Part shown: piece by piece, positions 29,240 through 41,700 of the stretch
Layout of the letters: each line of letters begins with the position of its first letter
Numbering within the stretch: position 1 is the first letter of the stretch
Assembly: GCA_012295275.1 (NCBI GenBank)
Contig: CM022672.1
Location: 7,316,001-7,380,000 of the forward strand
Source of the DNA: Chrysomallon squamiferum
Lineage: Eukaryota > Animalia > Mollusca
Direction: 5' to 3'
DNA length: 64,000 bases
Made by a program: the position numbers and the translations under genes
Notes under the pieces: generated by a model
What the model was told of the DNA's origin: nothing
The model's input: only the letters and a program-made list of their open reading frames with translations
The model's database searches: none

Positions 29240-32200
29240 CTGAAACAATGTAAATAACTGTGAATACTTCAAACAATACCATAACCTAAATTTATTTTTA
29301 ATTTATTTTATCAGAAATTATTTTTGCTAAGTCCCAAGAGAAACAACTCATAACATTAATAAAATGGCAACTTTATATATTAATTATTGATCTCAAGAAA
29401 GAAAACTTTATATATTACAAATCTTCAGGGACAATGCATGTTTACTGTTCTATAGACTAAACCTTGTAGTTTGCATATTATTGACAACTCTGCTAAAAAT
29501 AACATAGCCTACATTACAGCAGCTATTCAACACTGTTAAGAAATACAACTAAAGTTTTGTAATAATAATTCAGAAAAATATTTTAGAAAACATAAGACTA
29601 AGATTTCCAGTGAATTATGTACCGAGTCATTTTAGAGAATGGTGACAGGGTCAAATTTCTAAATCACAAAGAAGACTAAAATGAATAGTTATGTAAAGAA
29701 GATAACATGAAATAAAGCATCCAACGAGCTTGTAAGTTGTCTTGTAAGTTAATGACTTGAAAGCTGACTTCTGAAAAAATAATCTTAATACATTTTGTTC
29801 ACTTTTTAATGATATGTAATAACCAATATTTACTACTAACAAATTAACACAATAAAATGACAAGTCATAAGGATACATTTTTGTTTATATAATATCATCA
29901 TTTTACATAAACCAAAAAACAGAGTTGATAAAGTCAGGATGGAGAAAAGTGAAAGATTTATTCAGTCTTGAGGATATGTTCATGAAAAATAGAAATAATG
30001 GAATTTGTATGCATTTTTACAAGCTTATGTTTTATACTCATATTTTATTATTAAGAAGAATTTTTTTTCTCTCCAACAACACCAACAATTTCATTAGTTT
30101 CCTTATAATACAAACACAAACCTGGGGTAGATTTCCTTCTTTGAGTGCCCAGATTCTAACATTTGCATCATCACTGACAGATAAAGCCTGGAAAATTTTA
30201 ATAAGTATGTTTTAAAACCTGGAAAATATTTCAATTTATGATATTTTTTTTAAAATGTTTATATCTAGCATTATGACATGCAATAGTTATAATGGCTAGC
30301 ATAATATTTCTGTCAGTATTTTTGAAAATTTTATTCAATCCAATTAATGTTAGCTATGTTTTCTTCTTTTGATTCTTTTTCTCTTTTTTTCATTTTTCTA
30401 AAAATTATCATTAATAATTAAAAAGAAACTGCACAATGTTACTGACAATGAACAGCTGTTGCTCAGTGTTAAGGATGGACAAAAGCAATGTAGAATCTAA
30501 ATATCAATCATAATCAGTGAATATACTGCACTACTTTCATTCCAGTCAGTCTTTTGTATCTGGTTATCATATGTCACTGCTGTGTACAAAATTGTGTAGG
30601 TCTGTTCTTTTTTGATCAGTTATAGATCAGTTATATATATATTACATATATAAATATATAAAAATGTTTTTAGAAATCCAACTAAAATTAACATAAATAT
30701 GTTAAGATATCACAAACATTCATTCATTCACTCTAACAAACATTTGTTGAAATGTAAACAATACCAAACACTGAAACTGTCTCATTAATACTTGATGTTT
30801 CTACTTACCATTCCATTACCCTTTGCAATATCCACTGCATTGATGCATCGAGCATGTGCAGTGACCTCAGCACCTATTTTTCCTGAGGTTAAACTGTACA
30901 CTCGTAAATGACCTGTTCCATATCCTGCAAGTATTACACCATTCCACAGTGAAAGAGAGTGACAGGGGCTCCTGTGGATACAAACACTTACTTTAAATCT
31001 TATTAATAAATAAACACAAATTATGAAATGAAGGCCTAACACTGTATTATCAGAGTTAATAATTATACTCCATTTAGAAAAACAATTAAAAGATTAAATA
31101 TATAAAAAATAATGACAGTAATGAGGAGGAGGAGGAAGAGGATGATGATGATGGTAAATAATTTTTAAAAAAGTAAGATTTGCAACATTTTGGGAAAGAA
31201 AGGCAGTTAGAACCAAAATATTAACAACCGTTTCGAACAGTATGTATGTGAAACAAGAAAGGAATAAATTTTAATAAATCAGTGCTGCTTAATGTTTAAT
31301 AAAACAAAAACCCAACAAAAAACCCACCTAAGTTAATAAAGTAGTTCTTAAACACATTCGTGATGTCTTAGACATCTGCAGTAATTATTATAAAAAATAT
31401 TTTTTATGTATAAATACTTACCCAGCACCACAAATTCTGTTTCTCTGTATGAGTTGAGATCCTCTAGACTTCCACACAATAATATTACCCTGATCATCTC
31501 CACTCACCAGATTGTCCCCATCTGATGCTATGTCACACAGAGGATGTGTGTGGCCTGTCAACATAATTATATAAAAGTTTAAACAATATTTATTTAATGA
31601 AAATTCCATCCTCCAAATACACAGTGTGATACCAGTGGGAAGCAAAATAAAATATAATCCAGGAAAATAATAAAGAATAAATTGATAAATATATATTTAT
31701 ACAGAACTAACAGATTAATGGTAACTGACAAAATATAAATGAGAATGTTTGAACCTAAAATACAGTTTTCATGTCTTATAAATAGTTCACTGAATTTATG
31801 TTACGATGTCACTATTTCAGAAACTGTAATAAAACTATTGTTTTTAAGAAAAACTAATAATTATGTACTTTTTTGCTGAAAAAGAGAAATATTTGAACAT
31901 TAAGGTAATGAAGTTTAAATTTTTGGAAGAATAGCAATAGCAGAAATTGATTTTTGAATGACTGGAAAAACAGTATTATTCTGGTGTCAAGGACTCTAAC
32001 TTAAAAGGTTAGTGGTTACCATTACCTTTTGATTCAGTGATGATTAAGATATACTTATGTGAAATAGATTTAATACTGTAATTTTATGCACATCTGAAAT
32101 GCTACTATAATAAGACAACACACCAATATATTTTTAATCCATATAATGACATGATAAAGATTATATAAACAGTAAGAGGAAATCTGCTTCAACTATGCAT

Positions 32201-33939
32201 TATCAACATTTTGACCATTAATCTTTTTAAAATATTTTATACAATAATAATAATAATAATAATTATAATATGTAATGATAAACACACACATTGATAATAT
32301 TGATAAACTAGAATATTTATAAATGTTCATCTATTTCAGACATCCTGTAAGAAGTCATCTGTATTTTACAGTTAGTCCATTCCACATAAATATTGCAGTT
32401 TTTCCTTTTTATTTATTTTGTTTTAGCAAAGTTACAGCAAAAGAAATAAGAAAAGACCAAAATGTTACCTTCAAGTGCTTCTTCAAATGTGATATTAGCT
32501 CCTTTAGGAGGAATTCTGAGGACTAATATTCTACCAGATTCAGTGCCTGACAATAAAAATAAATTCATGATTACTAAAAATGTTTTATCAGTGTTAATCT
32601 TTTCTTTATCAGTGTTAACCTAGGAAGTATTCACATGTGCATACATATGCATGCACTCACTTACACACACACACACACACAAAAGCTCATTAAACATTGT
32701 TGTAAGTACAATTAAAAAACAGAATCTGATGAAAGAGTGTTAATCTTTTCTTCCTAGCATGTACTCACACATGCATACATATACATGCACTCACACACAC
32801 AAAAAAAAGCTCATCAAATATTGTTTCAAGTACATTTACAACACTATCTCTGATGAAAGAGAGATAAATAAAAATAGTATTTGTAACATCTAGATACACA
32901 GTTTATGAAAACATACCCACACAAACTAAGTTTTCATCAACACCAGCAATACCCCGACCAAAATTACTCTTATCTTCTTTGTCTGTTTTGACAAAACAAA
33001 AATAACAGATCACAAATCATTAGTGACATCAATAGAATGAAAAGACAAACTATATAGTAAAAACATAGAGAAAAAAATATATCAATGCTAAGGTCAAAGT
33101 AATGAAAGAGGATACTTTTCTATTTTTCTTTCTAGCAACAAAAAAACCGCAATGACAAAATTAGTTAAACTGGTGGTAACAAAATTAATATAGTAATGAT
33201 GTTTGTGATACAGATGTAAAGTTCACCATAAAAAAGAAATAAGAGAAAAAATTAAATGGATCAGAGATAAAAATATTTTTTCAAAATAATAAAATGTTAA
33301 TGTTATGGACAAATTTATTTTTTTAAAGTCTTTTTAAGAGTATATATTAATAAATATATTTTGTCACCTGAACTGAGAGCATGCCAGTAGATCAGAGCAG
33401 AACCATCAGATTCAAATATCTTTAACATAAATAATTAAACCTTGTATCAAGGAATTAAGAAATTTATTAAATAGTTCTGAATAAAGTTAACACAACTGAA
33501 CATTAGTTTCACTAATAAGGTTCAACTGATGCTATTAGATAACTGTTTATATACATATTTTGCTCTTATTATGCTTTATAATTAATAATTAATACTGCTC
33601 AGCTTGAAAACACTAATTATTCTATAAACATTACCATTAAAAAAACATTCACAAATTTAACACAATAAATTAGTGTATCTTCTGTTTTAATAAATAAATA
33701 CATTTTAAAATGGTGGATTACTTGTAAAAAGAAGGATATTTTAGAGTATTCAAATAATAAACAATCAGACCTGTATTCCTCTTTGAGTTGTCAAAACAAA
33801 AACAGTTCTGATTGGTAAAGCAATCCATTTTGCCTATAACCAAATTGATAAAGAATATATTCATTAAAATAATACTATGAAAATGAAATACACTGATGTT
33901 TTAATATATATTTATACATTTTAACATCTTAAATGTATA

Positions 33940-33979
<40 letters not shown>

Positions 33980-34592
33980 GTTAACTGTATTCAAGTCCTT
34001 GACTATAGGAATTTAAAAGCTGTACTATTTATAATAATAGTTATAATGTACATTTAATGGAAAAATTGCTTTCCACATTTTGTAGCAAAGTATTTCTTCA
34101 GCTTCATTCTTTTAGATGAGCAATTATTTGTTATATAAAGATGTGCATAACTGCATGTATGTATGTGACTGCCTAAGTTACTAATTAACTAAAAATAATT
34201 AAGTCAATTCTGAATTAATTTTAAGGGTGTGGTATTTCATATTTCATTATTTTGCTAGTTAATTCTTAATGCCATTCATAATTATTGAATTTAACATTAA
34301 AAATTAATAAACTTTTTAATTATTAAAATAATCACAATAACTTTGATAAATAATAATTGCTGTGTACCTGCAAAATAAAGGGACTGCCATGTGTAGCAGA
34401 CGGCTCTTTGCAAACCACTTGTTTTCCTGTCACTGTCCTCCCATCCATCGAGGCGGTGATTAGGTTCACAACAGATTTGTGAACGACCGCGTAACTAACA
34501 TTGTTTTTCTCAAGAGTAGCTAAAACAGATAAATTATTGCACAAAGAAGAAGTGCTTCCTTTAACCGTAATAGGCTTTTCTTTTTGATACAT
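29108..34592 (-). CDS. WDR54: WD repeat-containing protein 54 (9 coding exons, 325 aa)
   Basis: Exons 34368-34592, 33771-33833, 33368-33419, 32917-32982, 32469-32546, 31422-31554, 30809-30971, 30122-30187, 29108-29239. All are GT-AG and phase-consistent, totalling 978 nt. Peptides SLCNNLSVL, VLTTQRGIQIFESDG..YWHAL, RGIAG, IPPKGANI, AHARCINAVD and FCVTGYD match WDR54 as recalled. Confidence 0.93.
30122..30187 (-). CDS. WDR54: WDR54 exon 8 (ALSVSDDANVRIWALKEGNLPQ)
   Basis: WD40 SxSxDxxVRIW motif; cag|GCT ... CAG|gtttgt. Confidence 0.92.
30809..30971 (-). CDS. WDR54: WDR54 exon 7 (SPCHSLSLWNG...AHARCINAVDIAKGNGM)
   Basis: cag|G ... ATG|gtaagt. Confidence 0.92.
31422..31554 (-). CDS. WDR54: WDR54 exon 6 (GHTHPLCDIASDGDNLVSGDDQGNIIVWK...)
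   Basis: GH...W WD40 repeat; cag|GC ... GG|gtaagt. Confidence 0.92.
32469..32546 (-). CDS. WDR54: WDR54 exon 5 (GTESGRILVLRIPPKGANITFEEALE)
   Basis: cag|GC ... G|gtaaca, phase 1-1. Confidence 0.9.
32611..32863. repeat. about 126-bp imperfect tandem duplication in WDR54 intron 4
   Basis: Two copies of AGTGTTAA..CCTAG..GCATACATAT..CATGCACTCAC(AC)n..AAAAGCTCAT..AAGTACA..TCTGATGAAAGAG. Confidence 0.75.
32917..32982 (-). CDS. WDR54: WDR54 exon 4 (DKEDKSNFGRGIAGVDENLVCV)
   Basis: cag|AC ... G|gtatgt, phase 1-1. Confidence 0.88.
33368..33419 (-). CDS. WDR54: WDR54 exon 3 (IFESDGSALIYWHALSS)
   Basis: aag|ATA ... G|gtgaca, 52 nt. Confidence 0.88.
33771..33833 (-). CDS. WDR54: WDR54 exon 2 (AKWIALPIRTVFVLTTQRGIQ)
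   Basis: tag|GCA ... CAG|gtctga, 63 nt. Confidence 0.9.
34368..34592 (-). CDS. WDR54: WDR54 exon 1 (MYQKEK...SPFILQ)
   Basis: ATG at 34592, donor CAG|gtacac, phase 0. Confidence 0.9.
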
Positions 34593-34893
34593 AGCGAATA
34601 TATATTATATTTGTGAAAAACCTAAACAGGAACCTGTTGCTGAGCACGCTTGACATGCGCAAAATCCAAACTTCAACCTCTTTTTCTTTTCCTTTTCTAT
34701 TTATTTTCCTCCTTTATAAGAAAGGCCTCAGTTATGTTGGTATAAATATTACATGCAGAACAAAAGTGAACTGTATCCAGATTGTATGAATACCAATTAT
34801 CTGTCATCTAATTACTTGATAATAACTATTTCGTTACATTTTTATCAGTTCCTAGTTTGAATGGTTGAGTGGTTAATCTCTCTCTCTCTCTCA

Positions 34894-34936
<43 letters not shown>

Positions 34937-35371
34937 GCGTATTCGTATGTGTATTTTATTAAAGATAAGTATCCCTGGTGGATCCAATAAATAGCCTATA
35001 TATTATTTAATATGTATTTTTTATTGAGGTAAATTTCATTATAAAAAAAAAAAAAAAAAAAAGAGAAAACATACAGATGAGCAATAATAATAATTAAAAA
35101 ATTAAGAAAGAAATAATATTATAGGTAGCGCCTCGTTAGTCCCCATTTTTCATTTACAGATTTCTATGATTTCCACAATCAGTTCTAACAACCGGAAATT
35201 ATAGGACAAGGGAAATAACCGAAAAGTTTGGTCTGAATGGAGGAAAATACACCATTAACTAGTAAATATGGCGGCCACCTGTAATAATGGTAGCTGCTGA
35301 ACTTGAGTATTAATTACGTTAATCTGAGTGGAAATATAGACCTGCTGCAGTCTGCGTTGTTACTTTAAAGT
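34593..35371. promoter_or_regulatory. bidirectional promoter region for WDR54 / TTC31-like
   Basis: 779 bp between divergent ATGs. CpGs are locally retained. ETS-like ACCGGAAAT at 35191-35199 and YY1-like AATATGGCGGCC at 35265-35276. Confidence 0.7.
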
Positions 35372-35420
35372 ATGGTTATGTTGAAGGAAGAAGCCTATAA
35401 AGTTTTGGAACTACCAATTG
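35372..35420 (+). CDS. TTC31: TTC31-like exon 1 (MVMLKEEAYKVLELPI), J-domain helix I
   Basis: YxVL J-domain start; G|gtatgt donor. Confidence 0.82.
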
Positions 35421-37324
35421 GTATGTACTGGTTTTTATTCATTCCCAAAATGTGCTTACTCGCCGGTTCACGTCAAAAGTCAATCTGTCAAGATTAATTG
35501 TAGTTGTTACTGCTTTTATGTTATCGTCATATTTATAGCTGTACCTTATTATTATTACATCTTCAGTTTTTTAATATTGACTTTGTATTTATTTTAAATT
35601 TGTGTTAATTATAAAATAAATGACCTGTTTCTCTGCCCTTGTCACTTGATCCACATTTTGTCTTGGTACTTTCAAGTTTAACTTTCAGTTTCCGTTTTCA
35701 TTTACGGAACCAATTAGCATTTTGAATCCCATCCCAAGTAACAGTAAATCATTTATTGTTAACGTAATTAGTATCTAAATAGCAATTTGTTTTAAATTTA
35801 CGAATAATTTACCATATAATAACTATTTTTAAAATTCTAAGGTTTGGATTAAAATTCATTTGACATTGTTTTTGATATACTAATGAAATGTAGTGAAAAT
35901 AAGTTATTGAGTTATTCAAATTATTGCCTTCGTGAAATACCTAGATGTCAACTTTGTACAGGATTTATTTATAATATAAATTTAATATGTGCATAACTTC
36001 CTCAGGTAACTTTAGTAAGTTAAAACAAAAAATAGTTATACAAACATTTACTGATACATATAATGATATACATTTAATAATAATAATATCATAATCAGAC
36101 CAGCCTTTATGTAATAAAGATTTTAAAATGTTTTTATATTTTTATGATTTTATTATATTTCATTATTTCATTTCATTTAATTTTATTTAATTTTATTGTT
36201 TTTTAGTGGGAGGGACAAAGAAAGCAGAGAAGATATAAACAGTTAAATTTAGACATAATATCACATAACATTTTAGAGATCAAATGCTGATGTAATTTAA
36301 AGTAGTTCAGAAGCTAGATATAAACATATGTTGTGATTTCAAAACTAAATTTATTGCACTATCGAAATAAATAGTTAATCTAGATTGGAACTGATCTGGT
36401 TTTAAGTAATTGGCACTGTATTCATGTTATACCCAATAATCTGCTAGTAACTGTTCAATGCATATTTTTTATTAGATGTCTTCAGAAGTATGTGTCAAGT
36501 TGTACAGGTATTTTATTTAATGTTACATACAACAGAAAATAATTGATCTGTCTCTTGTCTGTTAGTGAATATTTCTAAGTAATCGGACAAAATAATTTTT
36601 GCTTGAATAAACTGAATAAATGTTTATATATACATAACCAGCAAGAACTAAGTGGTCTCTTGTAAATATTAGTCATTTAATAATTGAACAATATGACATA
36701 AATTTTTTACTTGAAAACAAATTTCTAAAATAATTATTTTCAGTATAAGGCTGAAATGTACATATAAAGGTACATATAAAGATATGAATAAGATATAGAA
36801 GAAACAATAAAAAAATAATAATAATTAAAAATAAATATAATCAATTATAAAAATTCATAAATAATCACCTTTTCAATTAGAAAATTAACAATAATTAAAT
36901 TAGAGTTAAATCTTTAAACTTATTACTATTAAGGAAAAAGAAGTTTTTAAGTTGTTATATTATATTAGCAGTATATTACTATAAACTACTAATATTACTG
37001 GTGTTATTATTAATGTTACTTTGGTTGTTATTAATATTACTGTTAATAGTACTGTTAGTGATGAGATGGTTGTTCTTACAGGTGCTGATCAAGACTCTAT
37101 TTGCAAAAACTATAAACGTTTAGCTTTTAGATGGCATCCAGAAAAAAACAAAAACTCTCCTGAGTCTCTCAAGGTGATATTTTGTTTTTGAGTACATAAG
37201 TTTGATTTTTTATTACTCCATCACAATTCTGTCTGCATTAGAATTATTTTTAAATTTTTTTTTAAATAGTTAAAATAATAATAATAATAATAATGATAAT
37301 AATTAAGTGTAAGTTTTTAATATA

Positions 37325-37357
<33 letters not shown>

Positions 37358-38736
37358 ATTTATTATTCTTTATTTCATTTATTTATTATTTTCTTTATTT
37401 TATTTTATTTATTTTTTTATTTTTTTTTTCATTTATTATCTTTTTAATGGTTGGATATTTTTTTTTTGAGTTAACTAATTTATTTTTATTTTTCTCTCAG
37501 AAATTCCAGCAAATAAGCCAAGCTTACAAACGACTGGTTACAGACAGCAGTAAACAGAAGGACATGAATATGGTTTGAATTTAACTTTTAAAAAAAAATC
37601 GTTTGTGTGTGCGTGAGTTATGTGTGTGTTGTGTATATGTATCTTTATGGTTTTTGATTAGATGTATTTCTGCACATTAGAATAACACAATGAAATCCCT
37701 GGTTTTATTACACCAGTCTAAAAATGCTATTACAAACACTTTTTTTTTTTTTTATTATTATTTATGTTTTTATATGTTTATTTTTTTATTTTTAAATAAT
37801 ATGTGTTTATATTATAATATCAGGGAGAAATGCTACGTATGTTCCAGGATGTTTTTTTCTCGCAGTCACACAGCATAGGTAAGTACTGGATCTTGTAATA
37901 TTCTTCTTTTCAAATGTATCAATCTAGATATATTTTTATTCTAATACAAATTATAATCTAGATGTATTTGTAATGAAAAATGTATGCACATTGTTGTCAG
38001 TGGTAATTATCATTAATAAATTATTTTTTGTTAAATTCACATTTACAGCTGTAATAATAATTCAAAATAGTAATTATAATATAAACTATGTTATAGGTAG
38101 TAATTCTGTCGTAAAATACATTATACAAAGCTACAAATAATCATGATTCGAATGTACAAAATAGGTGTGTTTGTAATTCAGGTACATTTAATGGATCTGG
38201 TTATGATTCGTCAGATGATGATGACGACTATGATGACTCAGATGAGGATGATTTACCTTACAAAACCTTAGGAGATAAAATTAGAATTAAACAAGAACAG
38301 AAAAAGAAACAAGGTGAATTGTTTTCATTGTTACCATTGGGTAAAACCGTTGACTGTTAGAACTGGATATTCAGTCATGATTTATATTTTTATTTATTTT
38401 ATCATACTGTTGTTTTTGGGGTTTTTTAATTTGTTTTTAATCTTCCAGTGATATGTTGTAGTTTGTGATAGGAAAAAGGAGATGTATAAATTCAACTGAA
38501 TTTATTGTTAAAATGAAATCTGTTTAGAAATTTCATTAATTTATTTATATAAACATAAATACACACATAAATACACAAAAATAAACTGCTTTGTAGTAGC
38601 TGATAAATAAAAATGTCCATCAGGTACAAATGTATATTACATATGTGTATGTCAGTGTGTGTGTCTCTGTGTTTGTTTGTTTGTTTGTTTGTTTGTTTGT
38701 TTGTTTGTTTGTTTGTTTGTTTGTTTGTTTGTTTGT

Positions 38737-38775
<39 letters not shown>

Positions 38776-41700
38776 TTTCCAGCAATAAATACAACAACAT
38801 CAAGACAGTTAACATCGGAGGTAAGAATGTTGTTCTGAAGTTAAAATGTTCAGACACTGAATCATTTATTATATGTTTATATATTTCTGTGAGGATAAAG
38901 ATAATGAACACTATTGTATTTAATTAAAAACATACATGCAGGCACGGTGAAACAGAAGTTTGTCATTTACAGTGTAGAAATAATGTGATCACAAAAAATT
39001 AAAAAAATTAAATAAAAATAATATAAATTCTGATGTATAACTCAAAACTAAATCTCAGCTGATTATTGAATGATTTTCAGAAGATATAAAATGTTCATCT
39101 GATCAAAAAATAATAAAGTGTTTTTGTACATTGCTTTTATTAAATGGTTAAATATATTTATCTAGGAAATATCTCAGAATGCTGAAGATCTAATAACAGA
39201 GGAAGAAAAAGAGAAAAAAAGAGCAGAAAAAAGAAGAGCTAAAAAGAAAGTAAGTAGAATATTAAAATTTTAAATATTTTTCTTTTTCATATTGTTTTTG
39301 TTGTTGTTTTCATTTTTAAGCAACAACATTGTTGTTTAGAAATTTTGTAATGAGCAGATTGCATTATTTCATTGTATAAAGGTACTTTTTGCAACATTCA
39401 TTTTGTATTTTACTGGAGATGTCATAGAATCAATCTGTCCATGAAATGTATTTCTGTTTCTGTATAGTACATGATGGCACCAGCTAGTACAGAAATGAGA
39501 ATGGAAACTGGTACCAGTGTGCTTCTTCATTGACAGTTATTGCACAGTTTACAAACACTGATCTCTTGTAAACATTAAATGATGTCTGCGCAGTATATTA
39601 AATTATCGAGGCAGTATGCATTATAACATGTATACTTCAAAATATTCAAAGTACATTAAATCAAAGGATCAAATTTGAATATCTTGTTTCTTTTCTCTTT
39701 TAATTAAGTTATGTTATAAAATCATATCAGTATTATTTTTAATTTTGAATATGTTTTTCTTTCTAGAGAAGAAGAGAACGAAAGAAAATAGAAAAACAAG
39801 AACATCCTAAGGTATTGATTATTGAACGTGGCTCAGACATAAATGTTTTCATCTCAGTATCTATAAACAATTTCTGATCAACTTGTGTTTGAAGCTTCTA
39901 GGAAATTCTCAACATCAGATGCTCAAGTCAAGTTCTGGGTGGTCTTAGTTCATTTATTGACTCAGAAGTATCTTTCTAATGTAGAATCTCCTTATATGTT
40001 TTTAAATTTATTATTAAAATAATTTTAAAAATGTAAATGCTTTGAAATTAATTTTTATTAAGACTGATTTCGTTTATCAAATTAATAATAATAATAATAA
40101 CAGTTATCTTCATGTTCAACACAAGGACTTGGTGAAAAGATTTCTCTGTTTTGATGAGATGAGACTACTTTTTGGGATGGTATTTTCTTTGTGTAATTCA
40201 AGTATTTAAATTTTCCTGAAGCAGTAAGTTAATTTTACAGGAAGAAAATGAAAAACTTGTTTATAAAGGAAAAAACCAAGCAGAAGCAGACAAAGGCAAA
40301 AAAAGTGATAAAAAGTAAGCATTCAATTTGTTAAACATAAATTACTATTAATATTACAGATTTCTTTTCTTCCATTTTTTTGTTTTTGTTTTTTTAAATA
40401 AATATTTTGTTTTTGAAAGAAAAAAGAAAATTAGAATAAAACATTATTTAGTAGATCATCTCTAATTTTAATTTTTATGAAGATAGCTACATGTTTTTTA
40501 AAAGTCAAATATTTATAAATTACATTATCATCACATGTATGGTGTTTTCTGCACATAATGAAATGTTTATGAAAGTCCTGTATTTATAATGAATAATAAA
40601 TACAGCACTTCATGTGATTTGCAGTTAATTTAATTTCTTATGCTGACACTCTTATAGAAAAGAAAAAAAGTATATTTTAATAACAGTTGGTTAGTAATAA
40701 AAAAACAAAAAAGAAATATTCAGTAACCAAAGAGCATAATTCTCTTGATACATGCTGGCCAAAGGTTTGTAGTGTTTAGACCTCTTCATCACCCAGAAAG
40801 ATATCATGTTCTGAGAGGATTGACTCATGAAGCTGCCTTGATGATGGGGAAAGACTATAGAACAAAATTGCATGAAGTTGGTTGAATAAATCTGTGTACA
40901 AATATCTAAATATTGTCTTTGAATTTCACTCAAAAACCACTATGAACCTTTGTTACTAAAATAAAATAAGTCTTGAGGTGTAATGCTTTACTGTGTGATA
41001 ATTTCTGAAATAATTTATTTTCAGAATAACCAGTGGAACTTCATCAGAAGGTGAAATGGTGAGTAGAAAGTAGAAAATTTTATTAATCTTTATCATTTTA
41101 CCCTTCATTACAGCATTGACTTTGTGAAGGAAAAATAAAGAAATCTGAAACTCACATATATGCTAAAAAATATTTTAATTTGTGTTTGTGTATACAACAA
41201 ACACATGCAACTTGACATATTTGAGAGTATATTGTCTTTATATTTTGAAAATAAGCAGAAACATGAATAGAATGTTACAAAAGATACAAATCAAAACATT
41301 TATCTACAATTCATGAGTTAGTTATTATGTGCTCTGGTGCACTATATATATATTAATTGTAATCTGTTATAGTTTTGTTTGTATTTGTGATCTTTTCAGA
41401 GTTTTGATCCTACATCAGCTTTTTTCACCAAAGTTGTAAACAAAAAGAAGAAACCCCCCACACAAGAATCTGTCCAGGTTTCAAGAAAAGACAGAACAAA
41501 AGAAAAGACACAACATGGTGGAAAGAGTGAGGAAGAAGTAAGTGAACACTTTCTCACTGCACTGTAGTTTTATATTTGCCAAAGAATTTTTATTTTTTTT
41601 AAAACAACATACTGGTATTGCATGACATGTTTTCAATACTTTTTTATTTCACTTTTGTTTTTAATCTTCCTGGATTATTTTTTTATTATTATTATTATTA

